DNA from: Minisyncoccia bacterium
Lineage (GTDB): Bacteria; Patescibacteriota; Minisyncoccia; UBA6257; 2-01-FULL-56-20
Direction of reading: 5' to 3'
Length of the DNA: 64,000 nt
Assembly (NCBI GenBank): GCA_049997875.1
Contig: JBEKRC010000005.1
Location: forward strand, 1,679-65,678
Position numbers and translations under genes: made by a program. Below, in pieces: positions 8,450 through 17,987 of the stretch. Under the pieces are notes generated by a model. That model did not search any database. It had not been told where the DNA came from and was given only the letters and a program-made list of their open reading frames with translations. The number at the start of each line of letters is the position of its first letter. Within the stretch, counting starts at the first letter, position 1.

Positions 8450-9643
8450 GTGAACTTGGATTTCTTCCGGCCGAGGGAAAAATTTTTGATATTGGAGATC
8501 ACGCCCAAAGGCACGAACGGATTGTTCTTAAGCGTGGACGAGGGCCGGAATGTCGTCACGGAAAAATTCGTGAGGCAGGACAATCCCAAAAAATTTTTGA
8601 GGACGCCCGCGCGGCGCGTTTCTGAAACAACATGGGAGGGGAAACACCTCTTTCGTTCGCGGCGGCGCGTGGTCGCGGTGGCGGATGCGGCGCTCGCGAC
8701 TACGATTCCCATTCCCCTTGCGCTTCCCCGCGAACGCGCGAACGCAAAGACAAAAATCACGATCGCGGAACTTGAGAATCTGATTGCGCAGGCGATGGCA
8801 AAGATTTTCAACGGCTGCCGGAGCGAGGCGGCGAAGCGGTTCGGGGCGGATGAGTTAAATGCGGTCCTCGTCGGCGCGCATGCGAAGCATTTCATGGTGG
8901 ACGGCAAAACGCATACAAGCCCTGTAGGCGCAACAGGAAAGAAAATCTCGCTGCTTTTGGAACTTACCTTTACGACGCGCGCGATTTTTGAGGACCTCAA
9001 ACCACTCTTCAACTCCCCGGAAGGATTTTTCTTCAGAGAAGCTCCGCAGACGCACCTCCGCGCGCTCGCGCGCATGCGCCCGTTGCCGCTCAACGTAATT
9101 GCGGCGGACGGCGAAGGCGCCTCGCTCTATGTGCTTGAAAGGCCAAAGGGGAATTATGCGGTGCTCTATCGCGAGAAGCTGGATTGGTCCTTTTCGTCGC
9201 TCATTAAAAAAGTGGCGGAGGCTCTCGCGGTGACGGAGGCAGCCGCGCAAGAGCTCTATTGCCGTTATCATCAAAAAGCAATGTCGGCGCATGCGGCGCG
9301 CGCATTCAAACGCATCGTGGAGTCCCCACTGCGCGATTTTCTGGAAACGATAGAAAAGCGAAGGATCAAAGGAGCGACATATGTGGAGATGCCGCATGCA
9401 TTACCGTTCACGTTGCCCCACAAACACGGCAAAGCGACACTCGCGGAATATCCCGTGGAAGAGTTGATGGAAAAATTCGGGTTCAATCTTTCTCTGGCAG
9501 CGCGGGGGAAGGTGCGGGAAGAGGGCGAAGGCGAACGTGCCATCCTCCGGTCGCTCTTCTACTTTGTAGAAGCTTATATTGACGAGGACCGATCTCTCAT
9601 CAACCAAAAGCTCCGCCGCCGGCTTCATTGGCTTGCGGAGTGA
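8450..9643 (+). CDS. hypothetical protein (GTG start)
   Basis: 397-aa ORF preceded by TTGCTT-17-GCTAAAAT. No confident domain. Confidence 0.4.
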   Translation: MNLDFFRPREKFLILEITPKGTNGLFLSVDEGRNVVTEKFVRQDNPKKFLRTPARRVSETTWEGKHLFRSRRRVVAVADAALATTIPIPLALPRERANAKTKITIAELENLIAQAMAKIFNGCRSEAAKRFGADELNAVLVGAHAKHFMVDGKTHTSPVGATGKKISLLLELTFTTRAIFEDLKPLFNSPEGFFFREAPQTHLRALARMRPLPLNVIAADGEGASLYVLERPKGNYAVLYREKLDWSFSSLIKKVAEALAVTEAAAQELYCRYHQKAMSAHAARAFKRIVESPLRDFLETIEKRRIKGATYVEMPHALPFTLPHKHGKATLAEYPVEELMEKFGFNLSLAARGKVREEGEGERAILRSLFYFVEAYIDEDRSLINQKLRRRLHWLAE

Positions 9644-9703
9644 CGCGATACAGGCATGGCGGCCTGCCGAGAATATGGTATACTTTTCGTAACGTGCGAC
9701 CAA

Positions 9704-11401
9704 ATGAAAAAAATAACCGTTCTTAAAGAGGAAGGCGTTGCGGAGGTCATTGACCGCGTCCTTGACGAACCAGACGAAGAGATTGTGCTTGTCGTCCCGA
9801 CCGGGTCCGTGCTCGGGCGTTCGGTGCGCAATTTCCACCTTTTGAAGCGCGAGGCCTCCGCGGAGGGAAAGACGGTGGTCGTAGAATCCGTAGATGAGAC
9901 AATTCTCGCCTTTGCGAAAGAAAGCGGTCTTGAAGGAAACCATCCGCTCTGGCGCGGCGTGCGTGGTGCAGGCGGCGTTTCGGATATCGTTCCTGTAGGC
10001 GAGGAAGCAGGAGAGACACGACCGCCGAAGAAGCACGGCAGGAAAAAGGCAGAGGGGACGAAGCTCGTCGTGCGCGGGGAGCCGCCCGTGGACGGGGGTG
10101 AGTCCGATGAGGGCGAGGTTGCAGAGGAAGCGGTCGCCATTGAGGAAGCGGAGCACAGGTTTTTCAGAAGAAGAAGCCCTGCGGAACTCGCGGAACCGTC
10201 CGGACGAGAAGAAGAGGAAGAAGAGGAAGAAGTGGAAAAGAGGGTCCACCGCTCAATGCCCCGCAAGTTCGTTGTTTGGGGTCCGGGCGTGGTTATCCTT
10301 GTGCTTATCATCCTTGGCGTGATGACGTGGTATTTCGGGCGCGTCACCATCGCCATTGATTTCCAAAAAACGCCGTGGACCTATAGCGGTGCCCTCATGG
10401 CAGATAAGTCTGTTACGACAACGACGCAGAAGGCGGGCGTGATCACGATTCCGGCACAGATATTCTCCGCGCAAAAGAACACCACTCAACTTTTCCCGGC
10501 ATCCGGCAGTGCGAACGTGTCGATCAGGGCGCAGGGAACCATCACGATCTACAACGCCTACAGCTCTTCAAAGCAGGATCTTGTGGCTACCACGCGCTTT
10601 GTGACGCCGGACGGAAAACTGTTCCGGCTCGTGAGCGGCGTCACCGTGCCGGGCGCGCAGGTGACGAACGGCGCGATCGTACCGTCATCCATTGATACGC
10701 AGGTCGTCGCCGACCAGCCGGGGGCCGATTATAACGTGGGCCCCGTAGACAAATTGACCATTCCCGGTTTCCAAGGTTCTCCAAAGTATAATGCGTTCTA
10801 CGGTCAGTTGAAGAATGGAACGAGTGGCGGTTTTGTGGGAGCAAAAGCAGTGCCTACCGCGGCGGACATCGCGAGTGCGAAAACGAAGGTGACGAGTCTC
10901 CTGCAGGCGAGTCTCGCGAGCAACATCGCGACGAGCTACCCCAGCAACTTCAAGATTCTGGATGGCGCAACGAACATTAGCGTGACAAAACTCACCGCGA
11001 ACACCTCAACGGACAGCAACGGCAACTTCAGCGTTTTCGGGGAGGCTTCGCTCCAGGCGATTGGCTTTGACGAATCGGCGCTCAAGGCATACTTCCTCGC
11101 GCAGGCAGAGACGCAGACGGCAAGTTTAACCTTCGGCTCGATCCCGTCGCTGCAGTACGGCGGCGTGCATGCGGATTTTACGAAAGGCACCGTAAGCTTC
11201 TCGGTCACGGGCGAGGGGTCGCTTGAGCCTGCGTTTGATGCGGATGCGTTCAAGGCAAGTATTGCGGGAAAGAGCATCAATGATGCCCGCCAAGCGATTG
11301 CGGCGCTTCCTGAGCTTGCGGACGGCAAGATTTCCGCGTGGCCCATGTGGCTCTGGAACATCCCTTCCGATCCCAATAAGATCCGGTTGACCGTAGATTG
11401 A
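9704..11401 (+). CDS. hypothetical membrane-anchored protein with acidic cytoplasmic region and a large extracytoplasmic domain
   Basis: Start MKKITVL. Glu run EEEEEEEE, one TM helix (VVWGPGVVILVLIILGVMTWYF), then roughly 350 aa rich in Thr/Ser/Gly. Confidence 0.5.
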   Translation: MKKITVLKEEGVAEVIDRVLDEPDEEIVLVVPTGSVLGRSVRNFHLLKREASAEGKTVVVESVDETILAFAKESGLEGNHPLWRGVRGAGGVSDIVPVGEEAGETRPPKKHGRKKAEGTKLVVRGEPPVDGGESDEGEVAEEAVAIEEAEHRFFRRRSPAELAEPSGREEEEEEEEVEKRVHRSMPRKFVVWGPGVVILVLIILGVMTWYFGRVTIAIDFQKTPWTYSGALMADKSVTTTTQKAGVITIPAQIFSAQKNTTQLFPASGSANVSIRAQGTITIYNAYSSSKQDLVATTRFVTPDGKLFRLVSGVTVPGAQVTNGAIVPSSIDTQVVADQPGADYNVGPVDKLTIPGFQGSPKYNAFYGQLKNGTSGGFVGAKAVPTAADIASAKTKVTSLLQASLASNIATSYPSNFKILDGATNISVTKLTANTSTDSNGNFSVFGEASLQAIGFDESALKAYFLAQAETQTASLTFGSIPSLQYGGVHADFTKGTVSFSVTGEGSLEPAFDADAFKASIAGKSINDARQAIAALPELADGKISAWPMWLWNIPSDPNKIRLTVD

Positions 11402-11405
11402 ATGG

Positions 11406-11435
11406 TTGACAAACAATGGGAAGGAGCGCTATAAT
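11406..11435 (+). promoter_or_regulatory. consensus sigma-70 promoter (TTGACA-18-TATAAT) for the infA-rpmJ-rpsM operon
   Basis: ttgaca at 11406-11411 and tataat at 11430-11435. Confidence 0.55.
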
Positions 11436-11476
11436 CGTTCGGTTGCTTCCATTATGAGCATGAGCTCGGTTTTTAT

Positions 11477-11689
11477 TTGGGAATGACGGAAGGCGCAAAG
11501 GAAGGAAGAGTCCTGGAGGCCTTGCCGAGCTTGACGTTCCGGGTACAGCTCCCGGGAAGCGAGGCGCCCGTTCTCGCGCACCTCGCGGGAAAGATGAAGA
11601 TACACAATATCCGGGTTCTTCCCGGAGATCGGGTGCTCGTCACGCTTTCTCCCGATGGCACGCGAGGGCGTATCGTACGCCGGCTCTAG
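11477..11689 (+). CDS. infA: translation initiation factor IF-1
   Basis: S1-like IF-1 signature [10 protein letters not shown]...[35 protein letters not shown]. Confidence 0.85.
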   Translation: MGMTEGAKEGRVLEALPSLTFRVQLPGSEAPVLAHLAGKMKIHNIRVLPGDRVLVTLSPDGTRGRIVRRL

Positions 11690-11720
11690 ACGGGGCACAG
11701 TACCAACGTGCACGCTATCC

Positions 11721-11834
11721 ATGAAAGTGCGAAGTTCGGTAAAAAAAATTTGTGCGAGTTGCCAGGTCGTCAAACGCCGCGGCAAAATTTATATTGTGTG
11801 TAAAAATCCGAAACATAAACAGCGGCAGGGTTAG
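11721..11834 (+). CDS. rpmJ: 50S ribosomal protein L36
   Basis: Hand-translated 37-aa [40 protein letters not shown], below the ORF-track length cutoff. Zinc-ribbon L36 signature. Confidence 0.85.
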   Translation: MKVRSSVKKICASCQVVKRRGKIYIVCKNPKHKQRQG

Positions 11835-11849
11835 TCCTTGCGTTTCCTC

Positions 11850-12233
11850 ATGCGCATTCTTGGCGTTAACATTCCAGACAATAAAAGAACGGAAATCGCG
11901 CTCACATACCTTTATGGCATCGGGCGGTCTTTGAGCGAGAAGACGCTTGCGGCAGCGAAGATAGACGGAGGGAAACGCGCGAAGGACCTTACTGCCGACG
12001 AGGTCGCGCGCATCCAGGGCTTCATAGAAAAGAATTTTGCGGTGGAGGGAACGCTTCGCCAGCGTATCAAGACCAACATCAGCCGGCTGAAAGATCTGCA
12101 GACCTATCGCGGCATGCGGCACCTCCGCCGCCTGCCCGTCCGCGGTCAGCGCACGCGCACGAATTCCCGCACTGTCCGCGGGAACGTAAGAAAGACCGCC
12201 GGCAGCGGCAAGAGAAAGGTTGAACTCAAGTAA
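11850..12233 (+). CDS. rpsM: 30S ribosomal protein S13
   Basis: MRILGVNIPDNKRTEIALTYLYGIG...GMRHLRRLPVRGQRTRTNSRT. Confidence 0.9.
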   Translation: MRILGVNIPDNKRTEIALTYLYGIGRSLSEKTLAAAKIDGGKRAKDLTADEVARIQGFIEKNFAVEGTLRQRIKTNISRLKDLQTYRGMRHLRRLPVRGQRTRTNSRTVRGNVRKTAGSGKRKVELK

Positions 12234-12238
12234 TATCC

Positions 12239-12694
12239 ATGGGAAAGAAAAAGATCACGACGCCGTCGGCGGAAGAAGCCCAGAAGACGCATGAAGGGGC
12301 GGATTCGGCTGCGGCAAAGGCGGCCGCTCCCGCGAAGCGCGCGAAGAAGGTCACGCAGGGGAGGGTATACATCAACGCTTCCTATAACAACACAACGATT
12401 ACGGTGACTGACGAGCGGGGCGACGTGCTCACATGGGCGTCGGCGGGTTCGCTTGGTTTCTCCGGACCGAAGAAGGCGACGCCGTTCGCTTCGTCAAAGG
12501 TGATCGCCGCGATCGCCGAGAAGATCCAAGCCACGGGTCCTACGGACATCAATGTGATCGTAAAGGGCATTGGCTCCGGCCGCGATTCGGCCATCCGATC
12601 GCTCATCAACCAAGGATTTAATATTCTCTCCATAAAAGATGCTACGCCGATCCCGCACAACGGGCCGCGGCCGCCGAAAGTTCGCCGTGTGTAA
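12239..12694 (+). CDS. rpsK: 30S ribosomal protein S11
   Basis: RVYINASYNNTTITVTDERGDVLTWASAGSLGFSGPKKATPFA. Confidence 0.9.
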   Translation: MGKKKITTPSAEEAQKTHEGADSAAAKAAAPAKRAKKVTQGRVYINASYNNTTITVTDERGDVLTWASAGSLGFSGPKKATPFASSKVIAAIAEKIQATGPTDINVIVKGIGSGRDSAIRSLINQGFNILSIKDATPIPHNGPRPPKVRRV

Positions 12695-12706
12695 CCAAAA
12701 ACCAAC

Positions 12707-13324
12707 ATGATCGGTCCCAAAGAAAAAAGAGAACGGGCGCTTGGCACTCACCTTGGACTGAAGGGCGAGCGCGGCATGTCGCCGAAATCGGCAGTTTTGC
12801 GGAAGCCGTACCGGCCGGGCGTACACGGTCCGAGGTCGCGCCAACGTCCGCTTTCGGAGTTCGGCCTCCAGCTCCGCGAGAAACGGAAGTTCAAGCTGAG
12901 CTACGGCGTTGACGAACGCGGCTTGAAGCGGCTTTTCAAGATGGCAGTAGCGGCCAAGGGCGCTTCCGGCGCGAAGATGTTGGAGTTCCTTGAGAGCCGC
13001 TTGGACAACGTGATATATCGCCTTGGTTTCGCCCCCACGCGGCTCGCCGCGCGGCAGCTCGTCGTCCACGGCCACATTGCCGTGAATAAAAAGAAGGTGC
13101 ACTCGCCGGGCTTCATGGTGAAGAGCGGGGACGTCGTCGCCGTGCGCGAAGGTTCCGAGACGAACATGGCGATCGCAAAGCGCAGGGAACTGCTTAAAAA
13201 ATTCGATCCGCCTTCCTGGCTTTCGCTCCACCCGGAGAAGATGGAAGGCACGGTGCTTTCCCCGCCCACGGACTCCGACATTCCCTTTGAAATAAACCTT
13301 TTGGTCGAATCATTCTCAAAATAA
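12707..13324 (+). CDS. rpsD: 30S ribosomal protein S4
   Basis: YRPGVHGPRSRQ...LSEFGLQLREKRK...RLDNVIYRLGFAPTRLAARQLVVHGHI. Confidence 0.9.
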   Translation: MIGPKEKRERALGTHLGLKGERGMSPKSAVLRKPYRPGVHGPRSRQRPLSEFGLQLREKRKFKLSYGVDERGLKRLFKMAVAAKGASGAKMLEFLESRLDNVIYRLGFAPTRLAARQLVVHGHIAVNKKKVHSPGFMVKSGDVVAVREGSETNMAIAKRRELLKKFDPPSWLSLHPEKMEGTVLSPPTDSDIPFEINLLVESFSK

Positions 13325-13329
13325 AAACT

Positions 13330-14106
13330 ATGGAATACGCATACTTAAGCTCAACAGTTTCCGTAAAGACCGTCTCCGAGGACGCGAAGAAAGGCGTGTT
13401 TGAAGTAGAGGGCCTTTTTGCCGGTTACGGGCTTACCATGGGGAACGCGCTGCGGCGGGTGCTTCTCTCCTCCCTTCCCGGCGCCGCAGTGACGGAGGTC
13501 AAAATCAAGGGCGTGCCGCACGAGTTCTCCACCCTGCCCGGCGTTAAGGAAGACATCGTGGAGCTCATGCTCAACTTTAAAAAACTCCGTTTTCGCCTGC
13601 ACGTGGACGAGCCCCAGATACTTGCCTTGAAGGTAAAAGGCGAGCGGGCGGTTACCGGAAACGACATTGCGCTGAATTCCAGCGTGGAATTGATGAATCC
13701 GGACGAGGCGCTTGCGATGCTCACCGCGGAGGATGCGGAGCTTGACATGGAAGTGAAAGTGGAACGCGGTCTCGGCTATGTGCCCGTGGAGGCCCGCAAA
13801 ACCGAAGGGCGCCTTGCCATCGGCACGATCGCGATAGATGCGATCTTCACGCCCGTCACGCGCGTGAACTACACGGTGGAAGACATGCGCGTGGGCGACC
13901 GGACGGACTACAACCGCCTGCGCCTTGAGATTGAAACCGACGGCACTATAAGTCCTTCTTCGGCGCTCCACAAAGCGGCGAACGTCCTGAGGGACCACTC
14001 TGAAAAAGTGGCGGCGGTCGCCGTCGCGGAGTTTGAAGCGCCGAAGGCCGCGGCGCATGCCGAACCGAAAAAGAAAAGTCGTTCAAAGAAAGCGAACGAA
14101 AAATAG
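13330..14106 (+). CDS. rpoA: DNA-directed RNA polymerase alpha subunit, short form (258 aa)
   Basis: Alpha N-terminal domain GYGLTMGNALRRVLLSSLPGAAVTEVKI...KEDIVELMLNFKKL. Conserved position between rpsD and rplQ. Confidence 0.85.
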   Translation: MEYAYLSSTVSVKTVSEDAKKGVFEVEGLFAGYGLTMGNALRRVLLSSLPGAAVTEVKIKGVPHEFSTLPGVKEDIVELMLNFKKLRFRLHVDEPQILALKVKGERAVTGNDIALNSSVELMNPDEALAMLTAEDAELDMEVKVERGLGYVPVEARKTEGRLAIGTIAIDAIFTPVTRVNYTVEDMRVGDRTDYNRLRLEIETDGTISPSSALHKAANVLRDHSEKVAAVAVAEFEAPKAAAHAEPKKKSRSKKANEK

Positions 14107-14118
14107 CCGGCGGATCCC

Positions 14119-14472
14119 ATGCGTCACTTGAAGAAAGGCAAAAAGTTCGGTCGTTTGCGCGGAGCGCGGATTTCCTTCATGCGTAATTTGGCGAACGACC
14201 TCATCCGCGCGGGCCGCATCACGACGACGGAGGCGCGCGCGAAGGCGATCCGCCCGCAGATGGAGCGTTTGGTCACGTTTGCGAAGAAACAGACGCTTGC
14301 CGCCCGCCGCGAACTTTTGAGCCGCGTGCACAACGAGAAGATCGTGAACAAGCTTTATTACGACATCGGTCCGCGCTACGCGGAGCGCCATGGCGGATAC
14401 CTGCGCATCACGAAGCTCGCGAAGAGCCGCAAACGGGACGGCGTACGCATGGCACGCATAGAATTTGTCTAA
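14119..14472 (+). CDS. rplQ: 50S ribosomal protein L17
   Basis: MRHLKKGKKFGRL...ITTTEARAKAIRPQMERLVT...GGYLRITKL. Confidence 0.9.
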   Translation: MRHLKKGKKFGRLRGARISFMRNLANDLIRAGRITTTEARAKAIRPQMERLVTFAKKQTLAARRELLSRVHNEKIVNKLYYDIGPRYAERHGGYLRITKLAKSRKRDGVRMARIEFV

Positions 14473-14484
14473 CGCGCAATTTTT

Positions 14485-14832
14485 ATGGACTACCACATTG
14501 ACGCAAAAAATAAAGTACTGGGACGCGTGGCATCGGAGATCGCACTCATGCTCCAGGGCAAGAAGAGCGCTTCGTACGCGCGGAACCGCGTTTCGGGCGA
14601 TAAGGTGTATGTGAAGAATTACAAGGACATCATGGTGACCGGCGCGAAGCGCACGCAAAAGATTTACTACCACCACACGGGCTACGTGGGACACTTGAAG
14701 GAACTCACGTTTGAGCAGAAGTTCGCGAAGGATCCGAAGTCGGTCCTCCGGCGCGCGGTCCGCAAAATGCTTCCCCGGAATTTCCTGACGCAGAAAAGGT
14801 TGAACAATTTGATATTTGTGGACGGCGAATAA
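14485..14832 (+). CDS. rplM: 50S ribosomal protein L13
   Basis: IDAKNKVLGRVASEIALMLQGK...YYHHTGYVGHLKE. Confidence 0.9.
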   Translation: MDYHIDAKNKVLGRVASEIALMLQGKKSASYARNRVSGDKVYVKNYKDIMVTGAKRTQKIYYHHTGYVGHLKELTFEQKFAKDPKSVLRRAVRKMLPRNFLTQKRLNNLIFVDGE

Positions 14833-14858
14833 TAACCCGCGCAAAAAGATCTAAAACC

Positions 14859-15398
14859 ATGCCTAGCGAAAAAGAAACCAAGCATACTCCAGTGCACACC
14901 GCGCCGCGCGCGCATCGGGTGCCTGCAGCGGCAGCGCGTACGGCCGTCCTGCACTCGGCGCACGCTGCTGCTGCCGAAGTGCATAGGCCCCGCCCAACAC
15001 GTGCCGCCCCAGAGGGGCGCTACAGCGAGGCCATCGGCCGCCGCAAGACCGCCGTTGCGCGCGTGCGGATCATGGCGGGCAAAGGAAAAGTGACCGTGAA
15101 CGGCAAAGAACCAACGCAATATTTCGTGCTGCCGCGGCTTCTTGCGATCGCGCTTGCTCCGCTTCGCGAACTGAAGCTTGATGACATTGACGTGAGTGTG
15201 AAGATCGGGGGCGGTGGCATAAGCGCCCAAGCCGAAGCCGTGCGCCACGGCATCTCCCGCGCGATCGTCGTCCGGACGTCCGAATGGAAACCGCGCCTTC
15301 GCGCGTTGGGCTACCTCACCCGCGACTCCCGCATGGTAGAGCGCAAGAAGTACGGCCTCAAAAAAGCGCGCAGGGCTCCACAATGGGCCAAGCGTTAG
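14859..15398 (+). CDS. rpsI: 30S ribosomal protein S9 with N-terminal extension
   Basis: C-terminal S9 signature GGGISAQAEAVRHGISRA...RDSRMVERKKYGLKKARRAPQWAKR. Confidence 0.85.
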   Translation: MPSEKETKHTPVHTAPRAHRVPAAAARTAVLHSAHAAAAEVHRPRPTRAAPEGRYSEAIGRRKTAVARVRIMAGKGKVTVNGKEPTQYFVLPRLLAIALAPLRELKLDDIDVSVKIGGGGISAQAEAVRHGISRAIVVRTSEWKPRLRALGYLTRDSRMVERKKYGLKKARRAPQWAKR

Positions 15399-15404
15399 AG
15401 AAAA

Positions 15405-15432
15405 TGAAAAACCCCAAAAGGGGTTTTTCATT
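15405..15432 (+). terminator. Rho-independent terminator after rpsI
   Basis: aaaaacccc-aaaa-ggggttttt hairpin followed by a T run. Confidence 0.7.
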
Positions 15433-15638
15433 TTCAGCTTAGCCCATTGTGGCGAAGGAGGGGTCGGGAGGAACGTTAGGTTCCTCCCGTGCGGGAGAGA
15501 GGTTGAGAACCGAGGGTTCTCAAGGAGCGAGCCGGTCTGACCGGCGAGCGACCCTCAGTGGGCGGAGCATTGAACCTGTACAGGTATCTATGAAAAGGTC
15601 GGCTTGGACAAGCACTCGTTATTCACGAGCTGACAATC
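15433..15638. ncRNA. candidate structured small RNA of unknown class
   Basis: About 200-nt GC-rich, ORF-poor segment with several perfect hairpins: gggaggaacgttaggttcctccc, gagaaccgagggttctc, gccggtctgaccggc. It is bounded on both sides by intrinsic terminators. Confidence 0.3.
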
Positions 15639-15666
15639 AAAAAAGCCCCCTCAGGGGCTTTTTTGA
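15639..15666. terminator. bidirectional Rho-independent terminator (A-tract / hairpin / T-tract)
   Basis: aaaaaagccccc-tca-gggggcttttttg between convergent transcription units. Confidence 0.7.
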
Positions 15667-15667
15667 T

Positions 15668-16873
15668 CTACAAGGCGTCGTAGCACATACGCCATGTTGC
15701 AGCAGCCTTCCCAAGCTTATTTGCATTTTGTGAGAAGTTTACTGCATCCTTGATTGCAGATGCCACATCGTGCTGTTTCTGTTTCCAGATGTTGAACGGA
15801 TTCTCCGTCCAAGACCAATCACCAGTGTGATTGATATACTTTCGGAATCCAGCGAGGATTGGATAGATGAAGCCGTCAGGATAGTCGTATTCTGTGGTTC
15901 CGTCAGTGAATCTGAGAGGTTCGGGTTCTCTATATTTTGAAACCCCCATGGTTTCCAAAGCGCCGAATTTGCCAGGAAGCTCGTTGTAAGCGCTTGGAAG
16001 GTCGCGATAGATCGCATCCCGGAGCTCAAGTATTTCCGGCAGAATCTTGCTGGCCCTGGCGAGCACATCCTTGCGGTCTCTGCCTCTGTCATCTTTGTTC
16101 GCATAGAAGTCCACAACGGCACCCTTAGAAGAATAGGCTTGGATAGGGTGCGTATTCTTGTTGAAGGATCCATCAAGACAGTAGACGTACGAAAGAATTT
16201 CACGAATTGAGATATCCTTCCGCCTATCATCGAGCCCAACCTCATATTCTGAGTACGCGATCCGGTCCCTATAGCGTGGATCAGTAAGCGCCCGCTTTAT
16301 CGGTTCGTAGGATTTGGCGAGATTTTCCAACGAGATTTCCTGAGCAGCGCGGGAGCGATTTCGTCCATCAACTATGTCGACAAGTTCGTCTGGGTCGAGT
16401 TCTCCGACAATACATTCCACTTTAATCTCTGCGTTCACGTTGGCCGTCCGGAGTACCTCTCGTATCGCGGAAAAAGTATGCCCGCCGTTCGCTATGCCAT
16501 GCTTGTTCTTATCGGAGAATGTCACGGTGACCATGTTCATCTTGTTGTCGAAGTCGATCGCTGGCGCCAGGATGGTGATGCCCAGATTTCGAAAGATCAT
16601 CTCACTGGGCTCATTCCTGAGGGTATCAAGAATGGCGTTGTAGACATCGCCGCGAACGTTGGTATCGCGGACGTTCACATCACGCCAGTCTTCCCACTCT
16701 GCCGGAATGTTGGCAATCGGGGCGGCGAAAACGCAGATTCGCCGACTATCTTCTGACTCGTACAGATTCCTAAATGAATCTACTTTAAATTTGAAGACCA
16801 TATAATTCTTACTTTTGTATCGCTTTTCGACTAAAAAAGCGCTTGTTGTAAGCGCTAACAGATACAACCCCAA
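15668..16873 (-). CDS. hypothetical protein, low-GC; possible abortive-infection/defense-type gene
   Basis: 401-aa ORF in a segment of about 47% GC. Flanked by terminators with no operon partners. Segments such as GIANGGHTFSAI were recognised, but no family could be assigned by eye. Confidence 0.5.
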   Translation of the reverse strand: MGLYLLALTTSAFLVEKRYKSKNYMVFKFKVDSFRNLYESEDSRRICVFAAPIANIPAEWEDWRDVNVRDTNVRGDVYNAILDTLRNEPSEMIFRNLGITILAPAIDFDNKMNMVTVTFSDKNKHGIANGGHTFSAIREVLRTANVNAEIKVECIVGELDPDELVDIVDGRNRSRAAQEISLENLAKSYEPIKRALTDPRYRDRIAYSEYEVGLDDRRKDISIREILSYVYCLDGSFNKNTHPIQAYSSKGAVVDFYANKDDRGRDRKDVLARASKILPEILELRDAIYRDLPSAYNELPGKFGALETMGVSKYREPEPLRFTDGTTEYDYPDGFIYPILAGFRKYINHTGDWSWTENPFNIWKQKQHDVASAIKDAVNFSQNANKLGKAAATWRMCYDAL

Positions 16874-17105
16874 AAGTTGTTGGTTGATTACGGAGTTTCG
16901 ACCCGTATCTGTCTGCGAGAGAGTATTTCATCCCGTCGCCCGCTAAAGCGGATTGGCAGCGCGCTTGGCTAACCAATACTTTAATTATAGATCTGCATAT
17001 ATAATCTTGTCAAGTGGAAATCGTGTAAAGTCGCGCTACGACCCTATTTCCCGTCCAGAAATAAGGCTGTTTTTATTCTCTGCGGTCCGTACTATACTTT
17101 GCTCA

Positions 17106-17969
17106 ATGGGAATGCCCGTTAAAAAACTTAAGAATGGTTTTGCGATGCCGGTGTTTGGCATAGGCACGTGGTATATGGGCGGCGGACTGGAGGCGGATAC
17201 CAGGAATGACGAGAAAGATATTCACGCCCTGCGCGCATCTATGGATGTGGGCATCACGCATATAGATTCGGCTGAACTCTATGGCCGCGGACACGCGGAG
17301 GAGCTGGTTGGTCAAGCCATTCAGGGACGCAATCGGTCTACGCTGTTTCTCGTGTCCAAGGTTTTTAAGGAACACCTGAAACATGAAGACGTCTTGGCCT
17401 CCTGCAGGGCATCCCTCGGACGTCTCGGGACGGAATATCTGGACCTTTATCTTGTCCATGCGCCAAATCCCGATATTCCCATCCGGGAAACTATGAAAGC
17501 ATTTGACGAGCTCAAGGAACAAGGGTTGATAAAAAACATAGGGGTGAGCAATTTTAATGTTGAGCAACTTGAAGCGGCGCGGGCCGCCACGAAGAATCCT
17601 ATCGTCGTTGACCAGCTTCATTACAGTCTCGCGTACAGGACATGGCAAGATGCGGTGGAATATTGCGAGGAGAACGATATCCTTATAACCGCATATCGTC
17701 CCGTTGAAAGAGGGGTTCTTACCACTCCCGGCGTGGCGATTCTCGACGCAATGTGCCGCAAGTACAAAAAGACGCCCGCACAAGTTGCTATACAATGGCT
17801 TATCTCTCAGGACAATGTCGTTACGATCGCAAAAATGAGCAGTGCCGACCATCTGAACGAAAACCTTGGAGCGCTTGGCTGGAACATGGACATAAGGGAC
17901 GTGGAGAAATTGAAGAAGGAATTCCCAGAGGTGGAACTCCCGCGCACAGTGGTCAAATTCGAAAAGTAG
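17106..17969 (+). CDS. aldo/keto reductase family oxidoreductase
   Basis: MPVFGIGTWYMGG...IHALRASMDVGITHIDSAELYGRGHAEELVGQA...LDLYLVHAPNP. Confidence 0.8.
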   Translation: MGMPVKKLKNGFAMPVFGIGTWYMGGGLEADTRNDEKDIHALRASMDVGITHIDSAELYGRGHAEELVGQAIQGRNRSTLFLVSKVFKEHLKHEDVLASCRASLGRLGTEYLDLYLVHAPNPDIPIRETMKAFDELKEQGLIKNIGVSNFNVEQLEAARAATKNPIVVDQLHYSLAYRTWQDAVEYCEENDILITAYRPVERGVLTTPGVAILDAMCRKYKKTPAQVAIQWLISQDNVVTIAKMSSADHLNENLGALGWNMDIRDVEKLKKEFPEVELPRTVVKFEK

Positions 17970-17987
17970 CAATATAATCTTTGCATC

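Noticed and set aside
10195-10240. GAAGAAGAGGAAGAAGAGGAAGAAGTGG periodic repeat
   Set aside because: It lies inside the 9704-11401 CDS and simply encodes a poly-Glu stretch. It is not a DNA-level repeat element or CRISPR.
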